DNA of 63,808 nt, filler included, from Nemertoderma westbladi (Eukaryota > Animalia > Xenacoelomorpha), in NCBI GenBank assembly GCA_032718475.1. It is 3 parts of 3 records of this genome, joined end to end, with 100 filler letters (N's around TTAATTAATTAA, not from the genome) between each part and the next. Parts side by side here need not be neighbours in the genome. Positions count along the whole stretch, not along the records: positions 1 to 22,188 come from JAUCBJ010001296.1; positions 22,289 to 54,255 come from JAUCBJ010006331.1; 1 more part is not named here. One strand, given 5' to 3'. Shown one piece after another: positions 13,815-25,230 of this stretch. Position numbers and translations under genes: made by a program. The notes beneath the pieces are model-generated. The model ran no database searches and had not been told where the DNA came from. It saw only the letters and a program-made list of their open reading frames with translations. The first letter of the stretch is position 1. Each line of letters begins with the position of its first letter.

Positions 13815-16800
13815 TCAGTAACGATCTGGGAGGTCAGACCCCCTCAGACCGGCACTGTCTCCAAACCCAAGTCCCCTCCACAGCCTTCGACCACCGCGCA
13901 GGCAGAGGGAGTTGGAGCGGAGTAGCGCGAATTGGAGGCGCCTCCAAACACCACCCGACATGCACGCAAGGCCGCGTTGACGCATTGCCTCCCGCCGTGC
14001 GACTAAAGTCTCCGCTACGTGGTGGATCAAGATCTCGGCCTCCTTGCACCACACCCCATCGGTGGTTCCGACTAGGGGGGTGAAGGAGATCCGGCGATCC
14101 TCGCAAACCGCACCATAGTGGACCTTCTTTGCGCGGACCCGCTGTTGGAGGGCAGAGTCTAGGGACCGATTAACGTATGAGGGGGCGTCAGCGTTAATGA
14201 TCGCGATATCAAAAGACGCCACCCTCTGTTCGGCCCAGACTCCCCTCGCCAAGAGGTCTGCCCTGACTCCCCCCACCTCGCGGCCCTGTCTATCAAGGTA
14301 GCCAGTTGCCAATGTGACCTCCCGCTGGACAACCGACCCCCCAAAGGCAGTCACAATGAGGTCTCCGAATACCTCGCGAACCTCGTCATGACGCTTTATA
14401 ATGAGCCCACCAGACTTGCAATTCAGGGCATGCGAGGTCGTAAACGCCCCCCCATACCCCTCACAGCTAGCTGGAACACTCGGTGGCGTCAATCCATATC
14501 TCAGATTGAGGTTATCGTGGAACACCTCCGGGTCCAGATCGGTGTGATCCACAACGGAGGGCTGCACTGACAGCCACCCACCCGTCTTGTGGGACACCGT
14601 TCTCTCAACCGCCCTGCGCCGTTCAGCGGGAACACCAAGAAAGGCGGACTCCTGCTTCGCCTTATAAGGCATCCTGGGAAGACCGGCTTTCTGCCAAAGC
14701 GGAGGCCAGGCACGCGGCGTGGTCTGCCACCCGTAGGGGGTGACCCGTTAACAACGAGTCCATGACCCCCACGGTTTCAGCAATGGAGGCTTCCCTAGCT
14801 GGACCCCTCCGCATCAATGGGTCCCAGATCCCGATACCACTGTGGCGCACAGGAAGCAGGACCAGCTCCTCGTCGACTGTACCCAGAAGACTTCCAAATA
14901 GGGCCGGAATGAACTGAGCCAGCAGTGCCACGCGGATTGGTGCCAAGTCTCCCTCCTCCGTCACCGCCACCCGAAGAAGGTAGTCCCACTCCACCTGAAC
15001 GCAGCAGGACATACCGGTGTGGGCAGTCTGGGGATACTCCTCGGCCACCTCGGCAAGGCAACCAATGCTCCTCACCCATCCCGCCACCTTCTTGGCGATA
15101 AATTCCCTCAACCCCAAGGAATCACCGACGTATCCACCCAAGAAATGATGGCCTGAGACTATCCGGACTCCAGACTCTCCAAATATCTTATGGGCCTGAC
15201 TAGCATACTCATGTTTAACTACCAAATAGCTCTTGCTGGGCTCAGGGTTGTACCCGATGGAAGGCCCACGTCGGAGTAGCTCTACCCACCAGTTCCAGAC
15301 ACCAGGTACTGAACCCACGGATGACGCGTCATCAGCATACCAACACTGCTTCTGACCCAATTGGGTCAGAGACTGAGACCCGGAACTGGGTCGTGTCGGC
15401 GAAACAGAACCGGGTCGAGGTGAACCGGAGCTGGGTTGAGTCAGCGAGTCAGAACCAGGTCGAGTCGGTAAATCAAACCTGGGTCGAGGTGAAACGGAAC
15501 CGGGTTGAGTCTGCGAATCCGAGCCGGATTGAGTAAGCGATTCAGACCCTGGATGAGTAGGTGAAACGGAACTGGGTTGAGTCGGCGAATTGGATCCTGG
15601 TTGAGTCAACAAATCCAAACCGGGTTGAGGTGAAATGGAACCGGGTTGAGTCGGCAAAGCGGAACCGGATTGAGTCATCAAATCGGTACTGGGTCGAGGT
15701 GAAATGGAACCGGGTTGAGTCAGCGAAGCGGGACCAGGTTGAGTCAGCGTAGCGGAACGAGGCTGAGTCGGCGTAGTGGAACCGGGTTGATTCAACGAAG
15801 TGGAACAGAGTTGAGTTGGTGATAAAGAGCCGGGTCGAGTCGAAAGAAAGCTGGGTTGAATCGACGAAACGGAACCGTGTTGGATTGGCGACCACAGGAT
15901 GGGTTGAGTCAGTGACACCAGACCATGGGAAATGTCCCACAACCATACCCCAACATGGCAACCGGGTCACCCTGGGTGTAGCCCTCCGCACTCCACAATG
16001 GATCCTCCGAACCCTGGAGATACAAAGTGGCATGACCATTGTAGGTGTTAAACAAATAACGAGAGCAGCGGTGCCAGTAAACCCGGGAATTCCACAATCC
16101 CACAGGACGACTCAAGGTGTTGAAAGCGTTGGATGCGTCGACAAGAAGCATACACTCTGTGGAATCCTGTTCACACAACAACGTCATCGCATGAACGGCC
16201 CCTTCTATTCCCGCTTTCACACCCACACAGAGCTGATCAGCCCCGCACTCCATGATAAAGTCGGTTTTCGAGACGCTGGTGACACAATTGGTGAGCAGTC
16301 GGTACAAGGCCTCACTGATTCCAATGGGCCGAACACCAGGTTCCTTATCTATGGCAATAAGACGGCAGGCTGTGATGGCCTGGATCTCTCCCCACGGGAC
16401 TACGGAGTTGGCGAGTCAGCGCGCCAATCCGGCAACAGCCTCGCGGAGACGAGAACTGTGGGCCTCTTAGCGAGTGATCATCGCACTCCAGAGTTCCGCA
16501 TCCCCTCCAATGGGACCAGCTCCGCCACGCAAGCTTACCTACCTTAAGGACAAGTTGCTCGGTTATGTCGAGGGATTCAAAGGCAGGTAATTCACCGCAC
16601 AGTTCAAAGGCCTCCGAGGAGACCTCCATCTGAGGTGGGTGCTTGGAGGCGAGGACGTCGCGAATGGTACCTCCGGGAGGAAGTCCTTCCGCCTGCTCCC
16701 CTGGGTCCAACACGCCTCCGCTGTCTCTGTCAGTTATCAACCGGACCGCGCCCCGATTCTGACCAGCCAGGATCTTCCTGTTAAATCTCCTCGCCGTGTT

Positions 16801-17545
16801 AGCTGGAGCCAAACCCCGGCGTTTCGAAAACTTTGAGCTGCACCGCTCCGCCTCGGCCACCAACTGCGTGAACTCCTCGCGTTCCCACATGCCTACCCTG
16901 CGCATGATAGTTCGCCAAATATCAGCACTATTATTCACGTCGGGATCCCGCTGAAACGTCGTAGCGATAAAACAGAGTGGGCTTTCGGAGGGGTAAACGC
17001 CCTGCATCAGACGCTCCAACTCATGGGCGACAATGTCAGCAATCTTATGTCCAACATTACCTCCAGGCACGATGTACTGGTGTCCTGACAGACAAGTGAG
17101 GCGGGCGTGGCGGGCTTCCCAGTCGAGGTCGGTAGACGAACCGGGAGCGTTGAGCCAGGGACCCCAAAACGCTAACTCAAGACGTTCAGTAGTAGATGGC
17201 CGACGGGGAACTGTGGATGAGGCAGATAGCGCCGGAGCATCGCCTGGAGAAAGAATAGAACTCGGGGAATACGTACGAGGAATCTGGGTGATGACCGCGC
17301 TTGTAAAAGAGTCTGCATCCGACTCCGATCCGCCATCGCTGCTGGACCCAGCCCTGGGGGGTGAGGCAACCACAGTGATGTCAGGTGCCGGGCTACCATC
17401 AATTCCGCAGGATGAGCTGGGGTTTAAACACTTGCCTAATGGCAACGAAGTGCAACTAGTACATGGCCGGCCAGCGCGGACACAGCCACAGTGACTGGAG
17501 GGGCAGCACGCTCGGGCAGTGCACTGACAGCACCACTGGGATCAA
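13815..17545 (-). mobile_element. Near full-length, decayed CRE-clade non-LTR retrotransposon (Cys-rich N-terminus, RT, restriction-like endonuclease)
   Basis: Consecutive minus-strand ORFs: VPGGNVG..SKHP (16345-17445); RT QLCVGVKAGIEGAVH, LLVDASNAFN, QGDP (15909-16307); WYADDA (14662-15942); degenerate CCHC-type knuckle CEGY..HALNC, RHDEVR and RADL..FDI endonuclease motifs (13815-14672). Several frameshifts. Confidence 0.85.
15373..15918 (-). repeat. About 24-bp tandem repeat (TQPGSVSP-like) inside the CRE RT domain
   Basis: About 23 units of GACTCAACCCGGTTCC(A/G)TTTCACC-like sequence between the QGDP and YADD motifs. Confidence 0.85.
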
Positions 17546-18169
17546 ATCAGGTAATCAATAATATAGTATTGTTGTAATATTGTGAGTGGTCAGTACGTAC
17601 CAGTCAGTACTTACTTCACTCAGCGATATAATCGGCCTGATCATATCATATATATCATATATCATACTTTTTAAATTATTAATTTTTTAAGTAAATTAAT
17701 TAAATTAATTTTTTTATTTTACTAAATTAATTAGGCCTAATTATTAAATTAAATTTATATAGAGTTAATAATAATAATAATATTAAGTATTAATGCACAT
17801 GACAAACAATGTACTTGTAACCCAACAAGTTAGTGTAAAAAATGATTAAAAAAAGTAATAAAACGCACAAATATATTGGAAAGTTTCGGACAGGATGTAC
17901 ATTATGGCATGTAAAGACTAGGTAGAATAATTGCTAATCAAGAAGTTAGGAGTAATAGTAGACCTCATGGTAAGGTTGAATGTCCGGGGTCTGAAACGAC
18001 TATTTAATGCAGGTGCAGTTACCTATCTGAACTGAAATTCCAATCATTTGCCGGAGATACTGGAGATGCCACTCACGTTAGAGAGCATGAGACCTATGTT
18101 CCTATATTCGTATTCCTATATTCGATGGTACTGGGGTCCAGACCATCAAGGGTTTCAACTGCCGAAACT

Positions 18170-18432
18170 TTGACCCCTGGACTAAGGGAACCTTTGACCC
18201 CTGGACTGAGGGACACATTGTACCCAGGACTGAGGGATCCGTTGACCCTGTGACTGAGGGAACCTTTCACCCCTGGACTAAGGGACCTGTTGACCCCTGG
18301 ACTGAGAGACCTGTTGACACTGTGACTGCTGCACCAGTTAACCCCTGGACTGAGGGACCCGTTGACCCCTGGATTGAGGGACCCGTTGACCCCTGGACTG
18401 AGGGATCCTTTGAACCCTGGACTGAGGGACCT
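18170..18432 (-). repeat. 24-bp minisatellite, open on the minus strand as SLSPGV(N/K)G repeats
   Basis: About 11 units of GACCCCTGGACTGAGGGACCCGTT; ORF 18094-18468. Confidence 0.85.
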
Positions 18433-18519
18433 GAGTAAGGTCACTACTACTGGTACGGTGTGAGTCACTAGCAGTAAGGTACTGCTACTGGTACTAGTAG
18501 ATTATCCACATCTTCAAGG

Positions 18520-18935
18520 TCAGCTTTAAGAGGCGTCTTAAGAAATTCATGGTCTGTGAAGTGCAGTCAACCTTACTTATTTTCTGCATGTGGCACAAGA
18601 TTGTGCACAGGCTGGTTCTCATGGCGAAATGAATGTCCTGCAAAGTGGAGTCTCAAGTCTCAATATAGTGTCTGGTTGGAGATGTGTTCATTGAGCTGAG
18701 GGGACATTGGGCGGCTTCTAGTGATTCTGAGAGTAATCCTAAGTCATCATCAAAGTCTAGATCAGTTAGGTACTTGGCATGTCCTCGACTTCTGGAGCCA
18801 GTAGGTGGAGTTACCATCACCCCATTATGATGATCTAAGGACATGCATAGAACATTGTCAACCACAATTGTGAATATGAATGGTGTAAGTCTCCCCCCCC
18901 CCCCCCCCCCCCCCCCCGGGACAGTGGACACAAAT
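18520..18935 (-). mobile_element. Internally deleted RTE LINE fragment
   Basis: PFIFTIVVDNVL..KYLTDLDFDDD; homologous to 36140-36420 and 36900-37050. Confidence 0.8.
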
Positions 18936-19525
18936 TTCGTCATTCATCGTATACTACATACTTCGTACACTCGTACACTAGTTTCGATTCATAACAGAGT
19001 CCATCGGTGCTATGGCAAAAACATTTGTACAGAAGGATCATTTTAATTAATACCATTTAATTAATGTTCATTTAACTATAATTTTCCTTCGCGGCCAGTA
19101 AGTCACTTACAGAAACTTGAGAAAAGATACAAGCAGATTTTTAAACAAATTCCTTCATTTACAATAAACAACTTTCATTTCATATTATTTCAATTTTCGA
19201 ACAAAACTATATTCTCAGTGATGTAATCTAGCACTTTATTTTACAACAGTTCGTAACGAAAATATCCTCGATGCGCACAAAACACTGCAAAGAAACAAGT
19301 TGCCAGTTTATTCGTCGTGTTTTCGAGACGTTATTAACTAAATATATGCAAATAATCTGGCGTACATTGATTGGTCTTACTACTACTGTATTATAATGAA
19401 ATAACATAAATATATTATTATTCTTATGTGGTATTATTCCTACTACTAAATATATCGCATTGGCCCCCGTGTATGACGTCTCTAAAGGATTTAAATTGTA
19501 ACAATTACTGCAGTAATACACCACA

Positions 19526-20157
19526 CACCATGTCCTGTAATATAATGTCGTTATTCAGGTACGAGGCCCCATCCCCAAATTGTTCTACAATTTTTAAGGA
19601 GATTGCATGAAAGTTGAAAAAGATGTTTCGCACAACTCCACCTGGGTGGGAGAGTCAGATTTACTCTCATTTTTTTTTTTACTTACAAGCGATTGAAAAA
19701 GGTCTCTCTGTTGATATTACACCAGTTACACCGCAGTTATTTTTCTACCTTATAGGGTTTCGATGATACCAATGGAAAGCTGTCCATGCATGGATTCCAC
19801 AATCTGAATTTCGTCGTAAAATAGCTGAGACATGGCCGGCAGTTCGATCAGTTGCATGGTTTTGCATCTCCGCGAGGCTATTTTATTCAATTTAATAAAT
19901 ACACCATATTCTGGAACATTGTATTTATCCCATACGTAGCTAGGCAACAATGCAATGCCTCTTAAATCATACTCGCATGTAGCCATTTTGCAGTGTAACT
20001 GGAACTACAACTGCAGTGTAACTCGTGCAATATCGGCGGAGTCACCCCTTTTTATACGCTTGTAGCTAAAAAATAAGAGTAAAATAAAAATTCTGCGTGA
20101 AACTATGTATCTAGGTCCAGGTACCTCAATAACGACACTGTATTCCAGGACATGGTG
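19526..20157. mobile_element. MITE with about 40-bp TIRs (CACCATGTCC...), superfamily uncertain
   Basis: CACCATGTCCTGTAATATAATGTCGTTATTCAGGTAC versus the reverse complement of the right end CACCATGTCCTGGAATACAGTGTCGTTATTGAGGTAC. Flanked by CA on both sides. Confidence 0.7.
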
Positions 20158-20579
20158 CATAGTACTGTAGTGCTTGTAAATAATTAAAACACATCTATCA
20201 ATTTTATTATTATTATTTGTATTATTTATTTCAGCTGTTTTAAATTTACTATCATTATTGTAGAGTTATTTTGGTCTACCGTCAGTTTTCTTTGTTGTGT
20301 AATATTACAAATATTCAGTTTTAATGCAGTTTTAAGTCACTTATGGAAATTTTTAAAAAAGTGATGTTGTTATTAGCTTTTGCGGCAATAAATAATTATG
20401 ATTTTGTTGACCTTATAGATTTTGATCCTTTAGGATACCCGTGTTGTGAAGGGAAGGCGCTTATATTAAAACAAACAATATTATATCGGCTATAGCGTAT
20501 ATGATAGTTGATTCAAACATCATGTGTCATTCCATATGAGGGGTTGTTCCATTGATCGCCACTATCTTTAAACTGTGAG

Positions 20580-20834
20580 TCAACGTGTGCTCAGATCGTC
20601 CACATAAATAACTCCATACATAATAACATAGAATATTATGGCTATTATGTATGTCAGAGGAAAGAATATGCGCGATAGGCAATCCATACGTTCCACGTTC
20701 ACGGGTTTCGCTCGTTTTGGGGATCTCAACAATGATCCATTTTCTTCCTTGTTAGCGTTGCTGTTTCTCTTGCTGGACCGGTTGTACAGCTGGTTCTCTC
20801 CATCACCCACCACGCAATTTTTGTCGCGGAGTTC
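20580..20834 (-). CDS. Terminal exon (end of M3-M4 loop plus M4 helix) of a Cys-loop ligand-gated ion channel, anion-selective type
   Basis: VERMDCLSRIFFPLTYIIAIIFYVIMY fits the IDxxSRxxFPxxF M4 signature. Acceptor tatccag|GAA at 20835/20834, phase 0. Confidence 0.7.
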   Translation of the reverse strand, partial: ELRDKNCVVGDGENQLYNRSSKRNSNANKEENGSLLRSPKRAKPVNVERMDCLSRIFFPLTYIIAIIFYVIMYGVIYVDDLSTR

Positions 20835-20947
20835 CTGGATAGATAATGTTATAAGTATATAAAGCAAATAAAAATAAATGAAATTGTTTACCCAATCCTC
20901 ATTCTTAATATCTTAGTTTAATTAATTTACCTTTACTTTAATTTATA

Positions 20948-22188
20948 TAGTCATTGGGGGTAAAAAAAACAATTTTCCTTTTTTTGTCAATAAAATTGTT
21001 AATATTCCATGGATATCAATAAATTTGGTATTGTTTGAAAGCTAATCAAATATGTAATTTAATTATCATCAAACATCATCACCAAACATATATTTAAAGA
21101 AATTGTGGTCAAAAAAGTGATGTTTTTTTTTACCCCAAAATGGGGTAAAAAAAACAAGGGTGGGTAATAAAAAAACGTAGTTTCAAGTTGGAATCATCGC
21201 AGTACAATTTATTATATTGTACAGTAGTACTTATAATTGATTTAAATTTATAATATCATTATATTATTAAGTATATATGATTGGTAGATATGATTAGTAC
21301 ATTATATGATTAGTATTTATTTTGGAGTATTTATTTTGGATTAACAAAGTTGATGTTGCCGCATAGATTCATACTTCAGACGCACAATTGTTAGCAGTTT
21401 CAAATCAAACCGGAATATTTCTCCTTTAAGTTTTTTGCCTGTCATCGGACCAAAAATATACATAGTTGGAGTTTACAATGCTAATGTCACCGGTTAGTAT
21501 TTCAAACTCATCATCACCTTTGTATGTATAAAACTGGAATTCAATCTGATCTACCAATGACTCACAATCATTGCTAAAGAGTTTCAATGGAGTCAAAATG
21601 ATTTATCATAGGCTACTATAAAACTAGTTATTTTCTTAACAAGCGCTTTCTTTGCTAGATCTTTCTTTGCAACCTTGCGTCTCTCAGCTATTTTTTTAAC
21701 TAGTGTTTTCTATGCTAAATTTTGATTTCTTTTCTTCTTTTCTTAAGTTATTCTTTTCATTTTCCTTTTTATTTTCGCTTTCTTTTTCGATTTGTTTAAA
21801 AACGTCGTCCTGTGTAATGACACTTGCTTTCATTTGAATTCGTTTGCCTTTCTGTTTAGGCTTAGGTTTATTTTTTCGAAAGTTTTCTAGAAATAACTCA
21901 GCAAAAGATTTCTTTGACAGTTCAGAAGTGACTGATGTCAGTGTTGACCTTCCTGAAGTCGGAAAAAATTCGTTCGAAACCATAATCCATGGACCAGATT
22001 CAGTAGGTGTCGTAGATGTGGATGGCTCTGCAGGTATTGTAAACGGTACCCAAGCCCAACGGGTAGAAGTGCCTGAACTGCTGGTATTCACAGTTGGTGG
22101 TGAATGGAACGTAGTGTCTGAACTGTTATTAACAGTTGGTGGTGAATGGAACGTAGTGTCTGAACTGTTATTAACAGTTGGTGGTGAA
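20948..22188 (-). mobile_element. Decayed DNA transposon end with a transposase-like C-terminal tail (pogo/DDE-1-like)
   Basis: KGKRIQMKASVITQDDVFKQIEKE followed by a K/E-rich tail, then a frameshifted ..VYFGP.. segment. GGGGTAAAAAAAAC subterminal repeats. Cut by the gap. Confidence 0.4.
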
Positions 22189-22288
22189 NNNNNNNNNNNN
22201 NNNNNNNNNNNNNNNNNNNNNNNNNNNNNNNNTTAATTAATTAANNNNNNNNNNNNNNNNNNNNNNNNNNNNNNNNNNNNNNNNNNNN
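22189..22288. other. Assembly spacer N44-TTAATTAATTAA-N44
   Basis: Exactly 100 bp with a six-frame stop linker; identical to 54256-54355. Confidence 0.97.
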
Positions 22289-23725
22289 CCCTCACTTACC
22301 TCACTTCCCTCACTTCCCTCACTTCCCTCACTTCCCTCACTTCCCTCACTTCCCTCATTTCCCTCACTTCCCTCACTTCCCTCACTTCCCTCACTTCCCT
22401 CACTTCCCTCACTTCCCTCACTTCCCTCACTTCCCTCACTCACTCCCTCACTCACTCCCTCACTTCCCTCACTCACTCCCTCACTTCCCTCACTTCCCTC
22501 ACTTCCCTCACTTCCCTCACTTCCCTCACTTCCCTCACTCCCTCACTTCCCTCACTTCCCTCACTCACTCCCTCACTTCCCTCACTTCCCTCACTTCCCT
22601 CACTTCCCTCACTTCCCTCACTTCCCTCATTTCCCTCACTTCCCTCACTTCCCTCACTTCCCTCACTTCCCTCACTTCCCTCACTTCCCTCACTTCCCTC
22701 ACTTCCCTCACTTCCCTCACTTCCCTCACTTCCCTCACTTCCCTCACTTTCCCTCACTTCCCTCACTTCCCTCACTTCCCTCACTTCCCTCACTTCCCTC
22801 ACTTCCCTCACTCACTCCCTCACTTCCCTCACTTCCCTCACTCACTCCCTCACTTCCCTCACTCACTCCCTCACTTCCCTCACTTCCCTCACTTCCCTCA
22901 CTTCCCTCACTTCCCTCACTTCCCTCACTTCCCTCACTTCCCTCACTCCCTCACTTCCCTCACTTCCCTCACTGCCTCACTTCCCTCACTTCCCTCACTG
23001 CCTCACTTCCCTCACTTCCCTCACTTCCCTCACTTCCCTCACTTCCCTCACTTCCCTCACTTCCCTCACTTCCCTCACTTCCCTCACTTCCCTCACTTCC
23101 CTCACTTCCCTCACTTCCCTCACTTCCCTCACTTCCCTCACTCACTCCCTCACTTCCCTCACTCACTCCCTCACTTCCCTCACTTCCCTCACTTCCCTCA
23201 CTGCCTCACTTCCCTCACTTCCCTCACTTCCCTCACTTCCCTCACTTCCCTCACTTCCCTCACTTCCCTCACTTCCCTCACTTCCCTCACTTCCCTCACT
23301 TCCCTCACTTCCCTCACTTCCCTCACTTCCCTCACTTCCCTCACTTCCCTCACTTCCCTCACTTCCCTCACTTCCCTCACTTCCCTCACTTCCCTCACTT
23401 CCCTCACTCACTCCCTCACTCACTCCCTCACTTCCCTCACTCACTCCCTCACTTCCCTCACTTCCCTCACTTCCCTCACTTCCCTCACTGCCTCACTTCC
23501 CTCACTTCCCTCACTGCCTCACTTCCCTCACTTCCCTCACTTCCCTCACTTCCCTCACTTCCCTCACTTCCCTCACTTCCCTCACTTCCCTCACTTCCCT
23601 CACTTCCCTCACTTCCCTCACTTCCCTCACTCACTCCCTCACTCACTCCCTCACTCACTCCCTCACTTCCCTCACTCACTCCCTCACTTCCCTCACTTCC
23701 CTCACTTCCCTCACTTCCCTCACTT
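22289..23725. repeat. 9-bp tandem array (CACTTCCCT)n, about 160 units, truncated by the gap
   Basis: Read directly, with CACTCACTCCCT and CACTGCCT variants. Confidence 0.97.
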
Positions 23726-24098
23726 CTGTATACTAGCTTTGACTCTCCCAGCTATAGTGATAGTATGCAACCTTGGGAGTTAATGTGCGGTCTTACGAGT
23801 AAATGTCAAGAGATTAGACTTCATGTTGCCTCCATTGATTCACTCTTCTTAACTTTATAAAATAACTCCACCCTTATTTAAAGTTTTAAAAATTATGACT
23901 TAGTCGACTAATTTTCCAAAATATATTATAAAAACATATAATTTCTTGAATAAATAGACCTAATAGTAATAAATATTGTTGGCAAATACATTTATAATAC
24001 TAATATAATAATTAGGGATAAATAATCCTAATACTAATATAAATGTTATGGATAAATAGTCCTAATACTATTATGAAAGGAACTCAAACAAACAAATG

Positions 24099-25067
24099 TC
24101 AATAGCGTCGTCCTGCGCGAGCAAATACTGTACGAGAGTTTGATGTTATAGGTCTTCGAAAATAAGTAAAAGCTGGTTGATTTTCTTTAATTTCATCTTC
24201 CTCATTAACCAACTGTTTCTTAATTTCATTCAATTGTTCATTCATTTTCAGTAATTTACTTTTATTTCCCAGAACCTGTCTTAATATCTCTTCTCTATTT
24301 TCCTCATTTTCTTCCATTTGTTTAATAAATTTCCGTATTTGATTTTTGTTTCCTAATATTTGTCTCAATATCTCTTCTTTATTTTCATCATTCTCTTCTA
24401 AATGTTTAATAATTTTCCGCAATTTATTCTTATTTCCAAGTAATTGTCTCAATATTTCCTTATTATTATCATTTTCATCATCTTCTTCACTTTCCTGACC
24501 TTCACTTTCTTCGTCCTCTTCATGACCTTCACTTTCTTCATCCTCTTTCTGACCTTCACTTTCGTCATCCTCTTCCCCGCCTTCACTTTCTTCATCGTCT
24601 TCCTGACCTTCGCTTTCTTCATTCTCTTCCTGACCTTCGCTATCTTCACCCTCTTCCTGACCTTCACTTTCTTCGTCATCTTCCTGACCTTCACTCACTT
24701 CGTTCTCAACCTCACTCTCTTCAACTTCATCCTGACCCTCACTATTTTCATTCTCCATCTCATCGTCCTCTTCTTCTTCATTTTCCTCACTCAAATTTTC
24801 ATCATTTTCTAGGGGTAACTGTTTTTGTATCCTTTTCAAAATATTCATAACTTTATGAAATTTATTTTCTGTTGTCTGTTTTATCTTTAATATATCACGC
24901 TCAACTCTCTTTTTCTTTTCATCTTCACTAAAAATATCTTCGGATTTTTTAAATTTCTTTGGTAATGGATCCATTAGTTTATCCTTTCTATGTCTTTCCA
25001 TGTGACGAGATAGATTGTCTTGTCTCATTTCTTTATTACAAACCAAACATTTTTCATAACTAGGCAT
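24099..25067 (-). CDS. Intronless 322-aa protein: N-terminal C2H2 zinc finger, acidic 9-aa repeats, three EILRQxLGNK repeats
   Basis: CLVCNKEMRQDNLSRHMERH; ESEGQEDDE-type repeats; uninterrupted ATG-to-TGA ORF with a TATA box upstream. Confidence 0.7.
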   Translation of the reverse strand: MPSYEKCLVCNKEMRQDNLSRHMERHRKDKLMDPLPKKFKKSEDIFSEDEKKKRVERDILKIKQTTENKFHKVMNILKRIQKQLPLENDENLSEENEEEEDDEMENENSEGQDEVEESEVENEVSEGQEDDEESEGQEEGEDSEGQEENEESEGQEDDEESEGGEEDDESEGQKEDEESEGHEEDEESEGQESEEDDENDNNKEILRQLLGNKNKLRKIIKHLEENDENKEEILRQILGNKNQIRKFIKQMEENEENREEILRQVLGNKSKLLKMNEQLNEIKKQLVNEEDEIKENQPAFTYFRRPITSNSRTVFARAGRRY

Positions 25068-25124
25068 TATATAGCAATGTCAATTGATATTATGAGTTTT
25101 CGATAAATGATTTTACATAATTTT

Positions 25125-25230
25125 AAATAAATAAAACTTTTATGAAAATAAATAAAACTTTTAAAAATAAAAATTAGAGAATGAATGGGAATGCGGTGAC
25201 TGGGGGCTTTTATAGAGGGAGGTTAGAATG
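25125..25230 (-). promoter_or_regulatory. TATA plus initiator-like core promoter and leader shared with 59990-60100
   Basis: TATAAAAG (25214-25207) followed by TCACCGCATTCCCATTCATT (25199-25180), identical to 60019-60038. Confidence 0.7.

Noticed and set aside
15373-15924. The RT-internal repeat as a spliceosomal intron or solo LTR
   Set aside because: The only frame-restoring donor (GTCTGG) is weak, and no target-site duplication flanks the TG..CA ends.
22233-22244. TTAATTAATTAA as a biological motif (also 54300-54311)
   Set aside because: It is an artificial six-frame stop linker centred in 100-bp N spacers.
22237-23679. (SEG)n / (VRE)n proteins or a telomeric repeat
   Set aside because: There is no ATG-led unique sequence, and the unit is not a telomere motif I recognise; treated as a microsatellite.
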